Shown here one piece after another: positions 1 through 8,934 of a DNA stretch of 46,821 bases. Under the pieces are notes generated by a model. It had not been told where the DNA came from. It ran no database searches and was given only the letters and a program-made list of their open reading frames with translations. The translations under genes and the position numbers were made by a program. Source of the stretch: a virus (taxonomy: Duplodnaviria > Caudoviricetes); IMG/VR virus record IMGVR_UViG_3300046025_000030, positions 1-46,821 of that record, one strand, 5' to 3'. Within the stretch, counting starts at the first letter, position 1; every line of letters begins with the position of its first letter.

Positions 1-357
1 TTTTTCGAGGTCCTTCGGGACCGCCGTGAGGACCTCCAGGAGTGGCTGTATCGAAATCCGTTCTCGCGATCGGATCGGACACACTACCGTGTCGGCGAAG
101 ACTTCGACCACGACCAGTTCATCGACACCCTACGCGATCGCGACGCGAAATGGATCGTCTCCTACGGCGATCTTCCGCCCGGTCTCGAGGACGTCGCCGA
201 GACTGTCGCCACGTATACGGCGATGTATTCGATGAGTTACGACGAGCAGCGCCAGGAGCGCACGGAACACCTGGCGATGAATTTCGACCCGGGCGACGAG
301 ACGCGGTTCTCTCCCGCGGCTCAGAAGACATTGGCCGGAGGATATCGAGATGCCTGA
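1..357 (+). pseudogene. 3' part of a Dam/D12-class DNA adenine methyltransferase, apparently internally deleted
   Basis: Frame 1 reads FFEVLRDRREDLQEWLYRNPFSRS-DRTHYRVGEDFDHDQFIDTLRDRDAKWIVSY...TEHLAMNF. Both halves resemble Dam-family segments, but the TRD and DPPY motif expected between them are missing. 5' end lies outside the window. Confidence 0.6.
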
Positions 358-520
358 CGACCAGCACGACGTGACCGCCCGGGAAGCGTTGACCGTCGCG
401 CAAAGGGCGCTCGCCAAATGCGTCGAAATCGAGCGCGCACTCGACGACGTCCACGACTTGGAAGCTGACGTTAGACAGCTCGAATCAGTCGTCGCCGAGC
501 TGGAGGACGAAGATGAGTAA
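350..520 (+). CDS. Small coiled-coil protein (56 aa), paralog of the N-terminus of the next gene
   Basis: MPDDQHDVTAREALTVAQRALAK..., GGAGG upstream, overlaps both neighbours; below the ORF-track size cut-off. Confidence 0.7.
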   Translation: MPDDQHDVTAREALTVAQRALAKCVEIERALDDVHDLEADVRQLESVVAELEDEDE

Positions 521-977
521 CGACACGCCCGATGTGTCGGCGCGGGACGCCCTCGAGATTGCGCAAAACGCCCTCCAGCAGGCGAACGACGCCGACCAGC
601 ACGAGGAGATCCAGGCGTTGCAAGACCGCGTCACTGCGCTCGAGCTCCGGACCTCCGAGTGGGCTGATGACCGCGAGTACTCTGAGTTCACGCTTGATAT
701 GAAAGTCGGCTTGGTTCGGGAACACGCGTTCAATAAAGCCGTCGACGGAACCGGCCGCGCGACCTTGGATTACGACGACGTCCAATGGGAAGTCTTCGAT
801 GGCCGACCGAGCCCGATGCACTGTTATAAGCTCCTCCGGCTTGCCGCTCAGGCTCGAGGATTTGACTATGAAGCGGCCGCGTCGCCGAAACGCCTGACCG
901 TTGACGCCCAGGAGGCCCGTCGGGGTGCCGCGTTTTATCCCGAAAATAAAACCGAGGAGGAGGACCCCCTGCGATGA
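513..977 (+). CDS. Hypothetical protein, coiled coil plus possible DNA-binding domain; candidate replication initiator
   Basis: 154-aa acidic ORF directly upstream of the inverted-repeat region and MCM. Confidence 0.7.
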   Translation: MSNDTPDVSARDALEIAQNALQQANDADQHEEIQALQDRVTALELRTSEWADDREYSEFTLDMKVGLVREHAFNKAVDGTGRATLDYDDVQWEVFDGRPSPMHCYKLLRLAAQARGFDYEAAASPKRLTVDAQEARRGAAFYPENKTEEEDPLR

Positions 978-1153
978 CCATACCGACCCGTGGTGGGAAA
1001 CCACCTCCCTTGTACTACTACACAAACGCAGTTGTGTAAATAACGGTTCGCTACGGCGGAGTCCGCCGACCAAGACGCCGCCAGACGCCGCCACAGACGG
1101 CCACACAGGCCCCCGGGTACCCCCGAGAATCCGTTTTATTTTCGGGATAAAAC
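932..1153. repeat. Perfect 21-bp inverted repeat flanking an AT-richer spacer; candidate replication origin
   Basis: GTTTTATCCCGAAAATAAAAC (932-952) and its reverse complement GTTTTATTTTCGGGATAAAAC (1133-1153); inner TACACAA/TTGTGTA repeat at 1019-1038. Confidence 0.75.
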
Positions 1154-1169
1154 CCAACACGCTGACACG

Positions 1170-3284
1170 ATGCCACCCCAACACCACCACACCCCAATCA
1201 ACACACCCGACCTCGTCGACCAGCTCCAAGAGTTCCTCGACCGGTACCGACACGACGGTCTCAACCGGTTACTCGAGCACTACCCCGACCAGAAGCATCT
1301 CGCCATCGAGTACACCGACCTCCACCGATACGACGCCGACCTCGCCACCGACCTCCTCCACGAGCCCAACACCATCCTCGAACAGTTCCACACCGCACTC
1401 GAAACGTACGACGCCCCCATCGACATCACGCTCGAGGACGCGACGGTCGGCATCCACACCCTCCCCGACACCCTCGTCTACCATCCCGGCGGGTTCAGCC
1501 CGACCGACGAAGCCGGCCACTATCGCGAAATACGCGGGGAGGTCTCGAAAGCCACCGGCGTCTACTCTCGGCTCGTCACGGCGGTGTTCGAGTGCCAGCG
1601 CTGTGGGACGACCACGACCATCCCCCAAGCCGGAGACGAGTTCCAGGAGCCGCACGAATGCCAGGGGTGTGAGCGCGACGGCCCATACGAGCTCAACCTC
1701 GAGCGCTCAGAGTATATCGACGCGCAGGCGTTGCGGGTGCAGACGCCGCCGGAGCACACTTCCGGGACGGGCCAGTACCTCGACGTCCGGCTCGAGGGCG
1801 ACCAAGCAGACACCTCGGAAGTCGGCGATCGCGTCACCGTGGCGGGCGTGCTCCGTCTCGAGCAAAAAACGGAGGGCCGCCGGCGGACCGCGAAGTTCGA
1901 ACCCTACCTCGACGCCACCCACGTCACGCTCGACGACACATCCCAGCAGGCCCTCGACGCAACGAGCGACGAACGCGACCGGATCCACGCGCTCGCCGAC
2001 GGCAACGAGGGCGACCCGCTGGATGTGGCCGCGGCCTCACTCGCACCCACGTTGTACGCGGACGAGAAGCTCCAACAAGTGCAGCGGATGCTTGTCCTCG
2101 CGATGGTCGGTGGGAGCCGGGTTGAGTACACCGACGGCAGCCACAACCGCGGCGCCTTCCACATGCTCCTCCTCGGTGACCCGGGAACAGCGAAGTCGAA
2201 ACTCATTGAGCGCGTCGAACACGTGGGGCGGCGGACCGTCGGCGTCAGCGGCAAAGGCGCCACGATCGCCGGTGTCACCGCATCCGCCGAACAGGACGAC
2301 TTCGGCGACGCCAGCGAGTGGACCCTCTCCGCCGGGGCGTTCGTCGAGGCGAACGGCGGCCTCGTGGCGATTGACGAACTCGACGACATGCCGAGCGAGG
2401 TCCGCTCAGCGATGCTCGAACCCATGAGCAAGCAAACCATCCACATCAGTAAAGCCGGGATCAACACCACACTCCACGCCCAGACCGGCGTCGTCGCCGC
2501 CGGCAACCCACGAGACGGCCGGTTTGACCCCTACCAACAGACGCACGAGCAGTTCAACCTCGAAGCCAGCCTCCTCAGCCGGTTCGACCTCATTTACACT
2601 TTGACCGATCAGCCGGATGAGGAGCGTGATGAGCGGGTGGTCGGCCAGATCGCCGGCGCCCGCGACGCCGCCAAACGAGACATGCGCAACCTCACCGTTC
2701 CCAGCGAGGACCAAGCCCGCATCGAGACGCCCGTCGAGCCCGAGATCCTCCGGACGTGGATCGCGCTCGCCGGCCAGCAGCCCGCACCGGTCTTCGCCAG
2801 CGACGACGTCCGTGGGATGCTCGAGTCGGCGTTCGCCGAGTTACGCGGCGCACGGGGATACGAGGAAGACGGCGCCGTTCCAGTTGTGTATCGGAAGTTC
2901 GAGGGGATTCTCCGGATCGCCGAAGCCGCGGCGAAACTCGAGTTTAGCGAGACGATTGAGGAGCGGCATGCGGAGACGGCGATGGCGGCGGTCGGGGAGT
3001 CGATGCGGGATTACGGCCGGGACGAAGACGGCCGCCTCGATGCTGACATCCAGGAGACCGGGGCGTCGAAGAGTCAGCGCGAGAAAATCCAAGCGGTCGC
3101 CGACATCATCCAAGAGCAACAGCGCGACCACGACGACGGGAGCGTGCCGTATGACGACATCGTTGAGGCGGGCGTTGCGGCGGGCCTGACCGAGCGCAAC
3201 GTCGAGGGCGTGGTGAAGAAACTCAGGGATAAGGGCTCGGTGTACGAGCCCGAGCAGGGACGCCTGAAATTCGTCGGCCTTTAG
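1170..3284 (+). CDS. mcm: MCM replicative helicase
   Basis: Zn finger CQRC..CQGC, Walker A GDPGTAKS, Walker B IDELDDM, AAGNP, arginine finger SRFD, C-terminal wHTH. Confidence 0.97.
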   Translation: MPPQHHHTPINTPDLVDQLQEFLDRYRHDGLNRLLEHYPDQKHLAIEYTDLHRYDADLATDLLHEPNTILEQFHTALETYDAPIDITLEDATVGIHTLPDTLVYHPGGFSPTDEAGHYREIRGEVSKATGVYSRLVTAVFECQRCGTTTTIPQAGDEFQEPHECQGCERDGPYELNLERSEYIDAQALRVQTPPEHTSGTGQYLDVRLEGDQADTSEVGDRVTVAGVLRLEQKTEGRRRTAKFEPYLDATHVTLDDTSQQALDATSDERDRIHALADGNEGDPLDVAAASLAPTLYADEKLQQVQRMLVLAMVGGSRVEYTDGSHNRGAFHMLLLGDPGTAKSKLIERVEHVGRRTVGVSGKGATIAGVTASAEQDDFGDASEWTLSAGAFVEANGGLVAIDELDDMPSEVRSAMLEPMSKQTIHISKAGINTTLHAQTGVVAAGNPRDGRFDPYQQTHEQFNLEASLLSRFDLIYTLTDQPDEERDERVVGQIAGARDAAKRDMRNLTVPSEDQARIETPVEPEILRTWIALAGQQPAPVFASDDVRGMLESAFAELRGARGYEEDGAVPVVYRKFEGILRIAEAAAKLEFSETIEERHAETAMAAVGESMRDYGRDEDGRLDADIQETGASKSQREKIQAVADIIQEQQRDHDDGSVPYDDIVEAGVAAGLTERNVEGVVKKLRDKGSVYEPEQGRLKFVGL

Positions 3285-3315
3285 CAACCGTCGCCTTAAA
3301 CCGTGGGCCGCGAAG

Positions 3316-3361
3316 CGCGCGAAGTGAGCGAGGCGCGTGAAACGCGCGAGGTGAGCGAGGC
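3316..3361. repeat. 19-bp imperfect direct repeat in the intergenic gap after mcm
   Basis: CGCGCGAAGTGAGCGAGGC (3316-3334) and CGCGCGAGGTGAGCGAGGC (3343-3361), one mismatch. Confidence 0.7.
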
Positions 3362-3525
3362 TTGCCAATCGCCCGTTTTTACTTCCAGTCAGGTTTCCAA
3401 CTCCAAAACGCCGCGCCGTCCGTTGGGACACCTACCCTTTTTCACGGAGGACTCAACTACTCCCTTGTAACGAGCTGTCGCGCTCAGCACTCACAATGCT
3501 GGTCGCCGACAGCCCCCCGCTTCTC

Positions 3526-4053
3526 ATGTCCGTCACAATCACCCACCAGCAGCGCTACACCTGCGCCCACGACAACTGCGACAACCACCGAACCTCATCG
3601 TCGAGCGTCGACGGCTCCTACTGCAGCCGAGACTGCGCCGATCACGCTTACGGCGCCGCGCTCCTCAACGATATCAAGCAGGATCACCGATTCTGCTGGA
3701 GCTGCTTCCGCCAACGCAAACGCGTCGAACGACCACCCAAAGAAGCCCTCCGCGGCCTCGGCCACGTTACCGCCGACGCCGTCATCGGCTACCAATCACC
3801 CACCCCAGCAGTCCAAAAAGGGGACTACGGCCTCGAATGCACGTGTGGCGCCGTCACCCACAACACTCCCGACTGGAACCGCCGCAAACACGGGCCCTAC
3901 TGCTGGTACCTCGCCAACGCAACCCGTCGCCTCCGGGCGGACGGCCGACGCGATACCACCATCAACCCCGCATGCTTAGCTGACGAACTCTGGTCGGATG
4001 GCGACCAAGACGTCTCGCTCGAGCTGGCCGTCGGACGCGCACTCAACAAATGA
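3526..4053 (+). CDS. Cys/His-rich multi-zinc-binding protein
   Basis: CAHDNC, YCSRDC, CWSC and CTCG motifs; start could instead be 3496. Confidence 0.7.
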   Translation: MSVTITHQQRYTCAHDNCDNHRTSSSSVDGSYCSRDCADHAYGAALLNDIKQDHRFCWSCFRQRKRVERPPKEALRGLGHVTADAVIGYQSPTPAVQKGDYGLECTCGAVTHNTPDWNRRKHGPYCWYLANATRRLRADGRRDTTINPACLADELWSDGDQDVSLELAVGRALNK

Positions 4054-4059
4054 CCACTA

Positions 4060-4284
4060 ATGGAGACACTCGAATACGCCCGCGCTGCCGGCGGCATCAT
4101 CACCATCGCCGCCCTCGTCAGCCTCCTCATCCTCGACTTCTGGTTCACATCTCGCGTCCTCAACATCCAGACCGTCGTCATCCTCCTCACCCTCATCAGC
4201 GCCCTCCTCGGCGTCGACATCGCAACCGACAAACTCGGGATCAACATCACCACCACCGACAACGACAATAACACGGATTCATGA
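4060..4284 (+). CDS. Small membrane protein (2 predicted TM helices), holin-like
   Basis: Two long hydrophobic stretches in 74 aa. Confidence 0.7.
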   Translation: METLEYARAAGGIITIAALVSLLILDFWFTSRVLNIQTVVILLTLISALLGVDIATDKLGINITTTDNDNNTDS

Positions 4285-4568
4285 CGCATACCCCCAGTCC
4301 ACATTGGGTCGACATCATCGGCTTAGCGGCCGGGCTCCTCGGCATGAGCATCGCCACCTGGCTCCAGCTCGTCACCCGGCGGGACGTCGACGAGGGCTGG
4401 GTCGTCCTCTTCCTCGCCATCGGCCTCGGCCTCACCTTCATCAACGTCGAACCCCTGTGGCCGAGCGGCAGCGAAATCATCCTTATCGCCCGCGCCGCCG
4501 GCTACCTCCTCATCATCTGTTTCGAAATCGCGATGGCCTACCACGTCCACACCACCTACGATGACTGA
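4281..4568 (+). CDS. Small membrane protein (about 3 TM helices)
   Basis: Three hydrophobic segments in 95 aa; ATGA overlap. Confidence 0.7.
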   Translation: MTHTPSPHWVDIIGLAAGLLGMSIATWLQLVTRRDVDEGWVVLFLAIGLGLTFINVEPLWPSGSEIILIARAAGYLLIICFEIAMAYHVHTTYDD

Positions 4569-5076
4569 CGACAAGATCTGTGCCTCAACAGACACCGTCA
4601 GTGGCGACCCGTGTCAACGCAGCGCTGGATGGGGCCGCAACACCGAGACCGGCCCGTGTATCGACCACGCCGACGGCGACGGCGGCACCGGCCGACACAC
4701 ACTCCTCGAACAAAACGACGCCATCACGGACCTCGTCGCCGGCGAACTCCAACACGGCGCAACGGTGCCAGAAGCCTGTGCGGAAGCCGGCATCGGCACC
4801 ACCTCATATCACGACTGGCGCCGAAAAGGCAAATCCGACGACGCACCCGACGAGTTTGCGGAGTTCTTGGAGGAAACAACGCGCGCACGGCGAATCGGCG
4901 CCAAGCGCGACCGCGAGCGACTCAAGGAGCTGATCGCCGACAACGGCGACACGCGGACCTATTACAAGCTGCACCACGACCAGTACGGCGATAGTTACGA
5001 CGAGGAGGGCGGCGACGGCGACGCGGCCGACGGCATCCCGCTGGTCGTCCCGGAGACCGCACAGCCTGACCCATGA
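4561..5076 (+). CDS. terS: Terminase small subunit
   Basis: N-terminal C..C..C..H motif, HTH (ATVPEACAEAGIGTTSYHDW), directly upstream of terL. Confidence 0.75.
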   Translation: MTDDKICASTDTVSGDPCQRSAGWGRNTETGPCIDHADGDGGTGRHTLLEQNDAITDLVAGELQHGATVPEACAEAGIGTTSYHDWRRKGKSDDAPDEFAEFLEETTRARRIGAKRDRERLKELIADNGDTRTYYKLHHDQYGDSYDEEGGDGDAADGIPLVVPETAQPDP

Positions 5077-6356
5077 GCGCGACACCAGCGGGGTACAAGC
5101 CGCTGGATGCCGGTGATTTCACCACGCCGACGGCCGAACGGTTCAGCGAGGACCGGCGCGATGACCGACTCGAGCCGCTCCCCTACCAGCGAAACCTCTT
5201 GGAGTACGGTCCGACGTACACGGCCTTCGTCTCCGGGATCGGGGCCGGCAAGACGACCGCATTGATCCAGCGTATCGGCCTCAACACCTCCTACTGGAAC
5301 GCCGGCGAGACAGGTGTCGTTATCACGCCGACCGTTCCGTCGCTGCGGAACGTCCTCATCCCGGAACTGCGAAAGTGGGGCTATCTCGCGATCGGCGAGT
5401 GGGAGCCGTCGAAAAAGCGGTGGACGCTCCCGAACGGGTCAACGGTCATCTTCGAAAGCGCGGACAACAGCCGGAAGATCCAGCGGCTTCGCGGCCCGAA
5501 CATCGCGTGGTTCGGGATGGACGAGCCGTCGTCGATCGCTGCAAAGGCGTGGGACATCATGGTTGGCCGCCTCCGCGAAGGACCCTACCTCAACGCGTTT
5601 ATCGCGGGCACGCCGAAGGGCTACAATTGGGTCTACGATACGTTCGCCGGCGACGACGCCCTCGACGATGTCAATCTCGTTGGCGGTGTCACCACGAAAG
5701 ACAACCCACATCTTCCGGACACCTACACCGAGGAGATCGTCGAGCAGTACGAGGGCCGCTTCTACGAGCAAGAGGTTCTCGGTGAGTTCACTGACTTTGA
5801 GGGCTTGGTGTATCCGTGGTTTGACGAGGACAACCTCACCGACGAGCCGATTGACGACTATGATGAGGTCATCTATGGCGTTGACTGGGGGCATAACAAC
5901 CCGGCCGTTATCCTCGCTGTCGTCCGGCGGGGTGACGAGTGGACGGTCGTTGACGAGTGGTACGAGCGTCGGTGTACGGTGCAGGACCACTCGCGGGCGG
6001 CCGAGACGATGATCAATGAGTGGGGTGACGGCCCGGTGTATTGTGATCCGTCGGAGCCGGCGAACATCGAGCAGTTCAATCGCGACGGCTTGCCGGCGAC
6101 GGGCGGTGAGAACGACGTCACTCCCGGGATCCAGTACGTCGCGTCGCTGGCTGATGATTTCCAGGTCTCGGCTGCGTGTCAAAACGTTCGCAACGAGTTT
6201 AGCCAGTACCAGTATCGTGATGGCGGCGATGGTGATCGCCCGTTGAAGCAGCACGATCACGCGATGGACGCCGCTCGCTACGCGCTCTTTAGTCACGACA
6301 ATCAACCCGAAATCCGTCGGCGGTCCGGCGGCACGCCTACAACCACCAGCCTCTAA
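5073..6356 (+). CDS. terL: Terminase large subunit
   Basis: Walker A SGIGAGKT, Walker B FGMDE, GTPKG, RNase H-like nuclease motifs GVDWG, DPS and HDHAMDAARY. Confidence 0.95.
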   Translation: MSATPAGYKPLDAGDFTTPTAERFSEDRRDDRLEPLPYQRNLLEYGPTYTAFVSGIGAGKTTALIQRIGLNTSYWNAGETGVVITPTVPSLRNVLIPELRKWGYLAIGEWEPSKKRWTLPNGSTVIFESADNSRKIQRLRGPNIAWFGMDEPSSIAAKAWDIMVGRLREGPYLNAFIAGTPKGYNWVYDTFAGDDALDDVNLVGGVTTKDNPHLPDTYTEEIVEQYEGRFYEQEVLGEFTDFEGLVYPWFDEDNLTDEPIDDYDEVIYGVDWGHNNPAVILAVVRRGDEWTVVDEWYERRCTVQDHSRAAETMINEWGDGPVYCDPSEPANIEQFNRDGLPATGGENDVTPGIQYVASLADDFQVSAACQNVRNEFSQYQYRDGGDGDRPLKQHDHAMDAARYALFSHDNQPEIRRRSGGTPTTTSL

Positions 6357-6362
6357 CCAGAT

Positions 6363-7919
6363 ATGAGCACCACATCCGGCCCCATCCGCGGCCGCCTCGA
6401 GGCCCTCCAACAGCGCCTCACCCAAACCACCGAAACCCACACCCGCACCCGCACCCCACGTCTCGTCGTCAACAACAGTAACGTCACCGACCTCACCCCA
6501 CCTGGGGATATTGACGAATATCACGACCTCTACCGATCGGTCGGCATCATCCGCGGGAACATCAACCAGTTCGTTCGCGACGTCGTCGAACCCGGCATCC
6601 GCATCCACGCCGACGACCCCAAGACCCACGCCTATTTCACCGGCGACCCCAACGACGACGCCGACGTCCCCGAGTTCGCCCCCGCCGGTGGGTTCGTGGA
6701 GAACTGTGCGGTGATCGCCGGCGAACGTAACCAACCATTCTACCCCTACCTCAAAACCAGCATCGTCCAAAAATACACCCGCGGCACCGCCCTCCACGAA
6801 TACCTCAAACGAGACGACGACAAAACCGAGCCTAAGCCCCGGATTCAGGGCTTCAAGCACATCCGACCGGAAACGGTGTCGGCCCGCGTTCACGAGGGCA
6901 CGAACATCCTGCTCGCCCCAGACGAAACAGACACCACCACCGAGACCACCCCTCGCGGCGAAGCTGCGGCGTACATCCAGTTCGACGACGACTCGATCCT
7001 CGGCCACCGCCGAGACGGCTTCGACGAGAACTCCGTCGCGCTCTCCCAACACGACGTCCTCAAGCAGGTCAACGACCCCGACATCGGCGGCAACGACACA
7101 ACAGAAGACGGCGTCTTCGGCACCAGCCCGATCGAGGCCATCAGCGACGATGCCTTCGACTACCGCGAAATCAAACGGAACCGCGCGGAGGCGATCAAGG
7201 CCAAAGTCGAGGGCGTTTGGGTCGCGGAGTTCAACACCGAAGTCGTCGACGCGGGCGACGAAATCATCCTGACCGAGTGGGACGACAACGAGCAAGACGA
7301 CTGGATCAACGACGCGGACGACCTCGATCCCGGGAGCATGATGGGGCACGACGGCTCGATCACCCTCGACCAATGGGAACCCAGTCTCCCAGCCTTGGAC
7401 GACGACCTCCAACACCTCGTCGACGACATCCTCGCACCGCTCCCAGCGCCGAAATACGCCACAGCCCACGGGGATGATATCACGCAGCACGTGACGGGCG
7501 AGCAAGGTGATGCGTATCAGGATTTGATCGGGGAGGAGCGGCGGGCGCAGTCGCGGGATTGGACGCAGGCGTTCCGCGACGTCGCCAGCCGCCACCCCAG
7601 GTTGGACGCGTCGGGCGTTGAAGTGAGGCTGGCGCCGGCGGCGTCGTCGAACCCGGTCGCGGAGCTCTCGGAGGAGGAGATCGAGCGGATGGAGCAATTC
7701 ATGTCAGCGCTCGACAGCGGTCTCGGCGATGTGCCGGTCGATATGGTGCTCAACGTTGAGGAGTTCCTCAAGATGACGATGGATCTCCCCGATGAGGTGT
7801 TCGGGCTCGGCGACGAGATTGACGCCGACGAAAGCGCCGAAGAACTCCAGCACATGCTCGAGAACTTCGAGCCGAAATCCGATTCTGATGGTGATGGGGT
7901 GACGGCCGATGGTGTATGA
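6363..7919 (+). CDS. Portal protein
   Basis: 518 aa directly after terL and before MuF; FGTSPIE resembles the portal GxSP motif. Confidence 0.75.
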   Translation: MSTTSGPIRGRLEALQQRLTQTTETHTRTRTPRLVVNNSNVTDLTPPGDIDEYHDLYRSVGIIRGNINQFVRDVVEPGIRIHADDPKTHAYFTGDPNDDADVPEFAPAGGFVENCAVIAGERNQPFYPYLKTSIVQKYTRGTALHEYLKRDDDKTEPKPRIQGFKHIRPETVSARVHEGTNILLAPDETDTTTETTPRGEAAAYIQFDDDSILGHRRDGFDENSVALSQHDVLKQVNDPDIGGNDTTEDGVFGTSPIEAISDDAFDYREIKRNRAEAIKAKVEGVWVAEFNTEVVDAGDEIILTEWDDNEQDDWINDADDLDPGSMMGHDGSITLDQWEPSLPALDDDLQHLVDDILAPLPAPKYATAHGDDITQHVTGEQGDAYQDLIGEERRAQSRDWTQAFRDVASRHPRLDASGVEVRLAPAASSNPVAELSEEEIERMEQFMSALDSGLGDVPVDMVLNVEEFLKMTMDLPDEVFGLGDEIDADESAEELQHMLENFEPKSDSDGDGVTADGV

Positions 7920-8061
7920 CACCGGGACGGCCGACGGGGACGAATACGAACCCGCGCCAGTGAAATACGAGTGCAAAGGCTGCGGGTACTTCATCGGCCC
8001 CGGACCAATCCCATCTACATGCCCCGGGTGTGACTCGACGCGGTTTCGACGAGTCAGGTGA
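7909..8061 (+). CDS. Rubredoxin-like zinc-ribbon microprotein (50 aa)
   Basis: YECKGCGYFIGPGPIPSTCPGCDSTRF; fills the portal-MuF gap exactly. Confidence 0.7.
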   Translation: MVYDTGTADGDEYEPAPVKYECKGCGYFIGPGPIPSTCPGCDSTRFRRVR

Positions 8062-8070
8062 ACGGCCGGC

Positions 8071-8934
8071 ATGAGTACCGCCGAGGGCATCACCGCAACC
8101 CGCCGGCACCAGCGACTTCTCGAGCGCGCCCGGGAGCGCGATGAGCCGACCCGCGTCCGGTCGGTCCGTCGGCGGTATGCGCAGCGGCTTCGCGGCGCAC
8201 TTGGCGGGATCCGGGCGGCACTCCGCCGTGGGCTCGTCGAGAACGACGCACTCGGCATCGAAGCCCTCGCGGAGACACCCGGCAGGAACCAGTTCAGCTT
8301 CGACACCGACGCCCAGAAAGCCGAAGCCTTTAGCGAGTGGCTCGACACCCAGGTACAGGCTGATGTGCTGGATCGGTTCGGCGGGGAGAACCAGTACATC
8401 GCGAAATCGTATGAGCGCGGGGTTGAGGACGCCCACAACGAGCTTCGAGCACTCGACATATCGGAGGGCCGGGGGACTGCGGGCGTCGCGCTACGCCTCC
8501 CCGTGCACCAATCTCAGTTGGAGTCTCTGTGGGCGAGAAATCTGAACGAACTCGAGGGAATGACCGACGCCATGGGGACCGACCTCCGCCGCGGACTAAC
8601 CGAGGGCGTGGCCGCCGGCGAAAACCCCCGAACGATCGCGAGCGATCTCACCGACGTGGTGGGTCGGGTGGATGATGGGTCGCCGATGGGGGCGATGAAC
8701 CGCGCGACCCGGATTGCACGGACGGAAGTGATGAACTCGATGAACACAGCTCGACTGAAGGAATGGGAGCGGGCTGGCGTCGAACAGGTCGGTGTCCTGG
8801 TTGCAGGTACGGCGTGCCCGCAGTGCCAGGCGTATAAGGCCGGCGAACCGTATAAGGCGTCAAATGCCTACGCTAACCTGCCTCAACACCCAAATTGCAG
8901 GTGCTCACATCACGTATATACTGGTAAGACATGA
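8071..8934 (+). CDS. MuF / SPP1 gp7-like minor head protein
   Basis: RATRIARTE, CPQC and HPNCRC motifs. Confidence 0.9.
   Translation: MSTAEGITATRRHQRLLERARERDEPTRVRSVRRRYAQRLRGALGGIRAALRRGLVENDALGIEALAETPGRNQFSFDTDAQKAEAFSEWLDTQVQADVLDRFGGENQYIAKSYERGVEDAHNELRALDISEGRGTAGVALRLPVHQSQLESLWARNLNELEGMTDAMGTDLRRGLTEGVAAGENPRTIASDLTDVVGRVDDGSPMGAMNRATRIARTEVMNSMNTARLKEWERAGVEQVGVLVAGTACPQCQAYKAGEPYKASNAYANLPQHPNCRCSHHVYTGKT

Noticed and set aside
901-2427. 508-aa alternative-frame ORF over mcm
   Set aside because: Thr/Ser/Arg-rich off-frame reading typical of haloarchaeal DNA
3316-3361. Mini CRISPR array
   Set aside because: Only two 19-bp units with an 8-bp gap, far from CRISPR repeat-spacer geometry
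1170-6356. Inteins in MCM or terminase
   Set aside because: Lengths are normal and the motifs are uninterrupted
5439-7697. 752-aa minus-strand ORF
   Set aside because: Antisense shadow of terL and portal; GC-rich codon bias suppresses stops and no motifs are present
8071-8934. MuF polymorphic toxin
   Set aside because: The protein ends right after HPNCRC with no toxin extension
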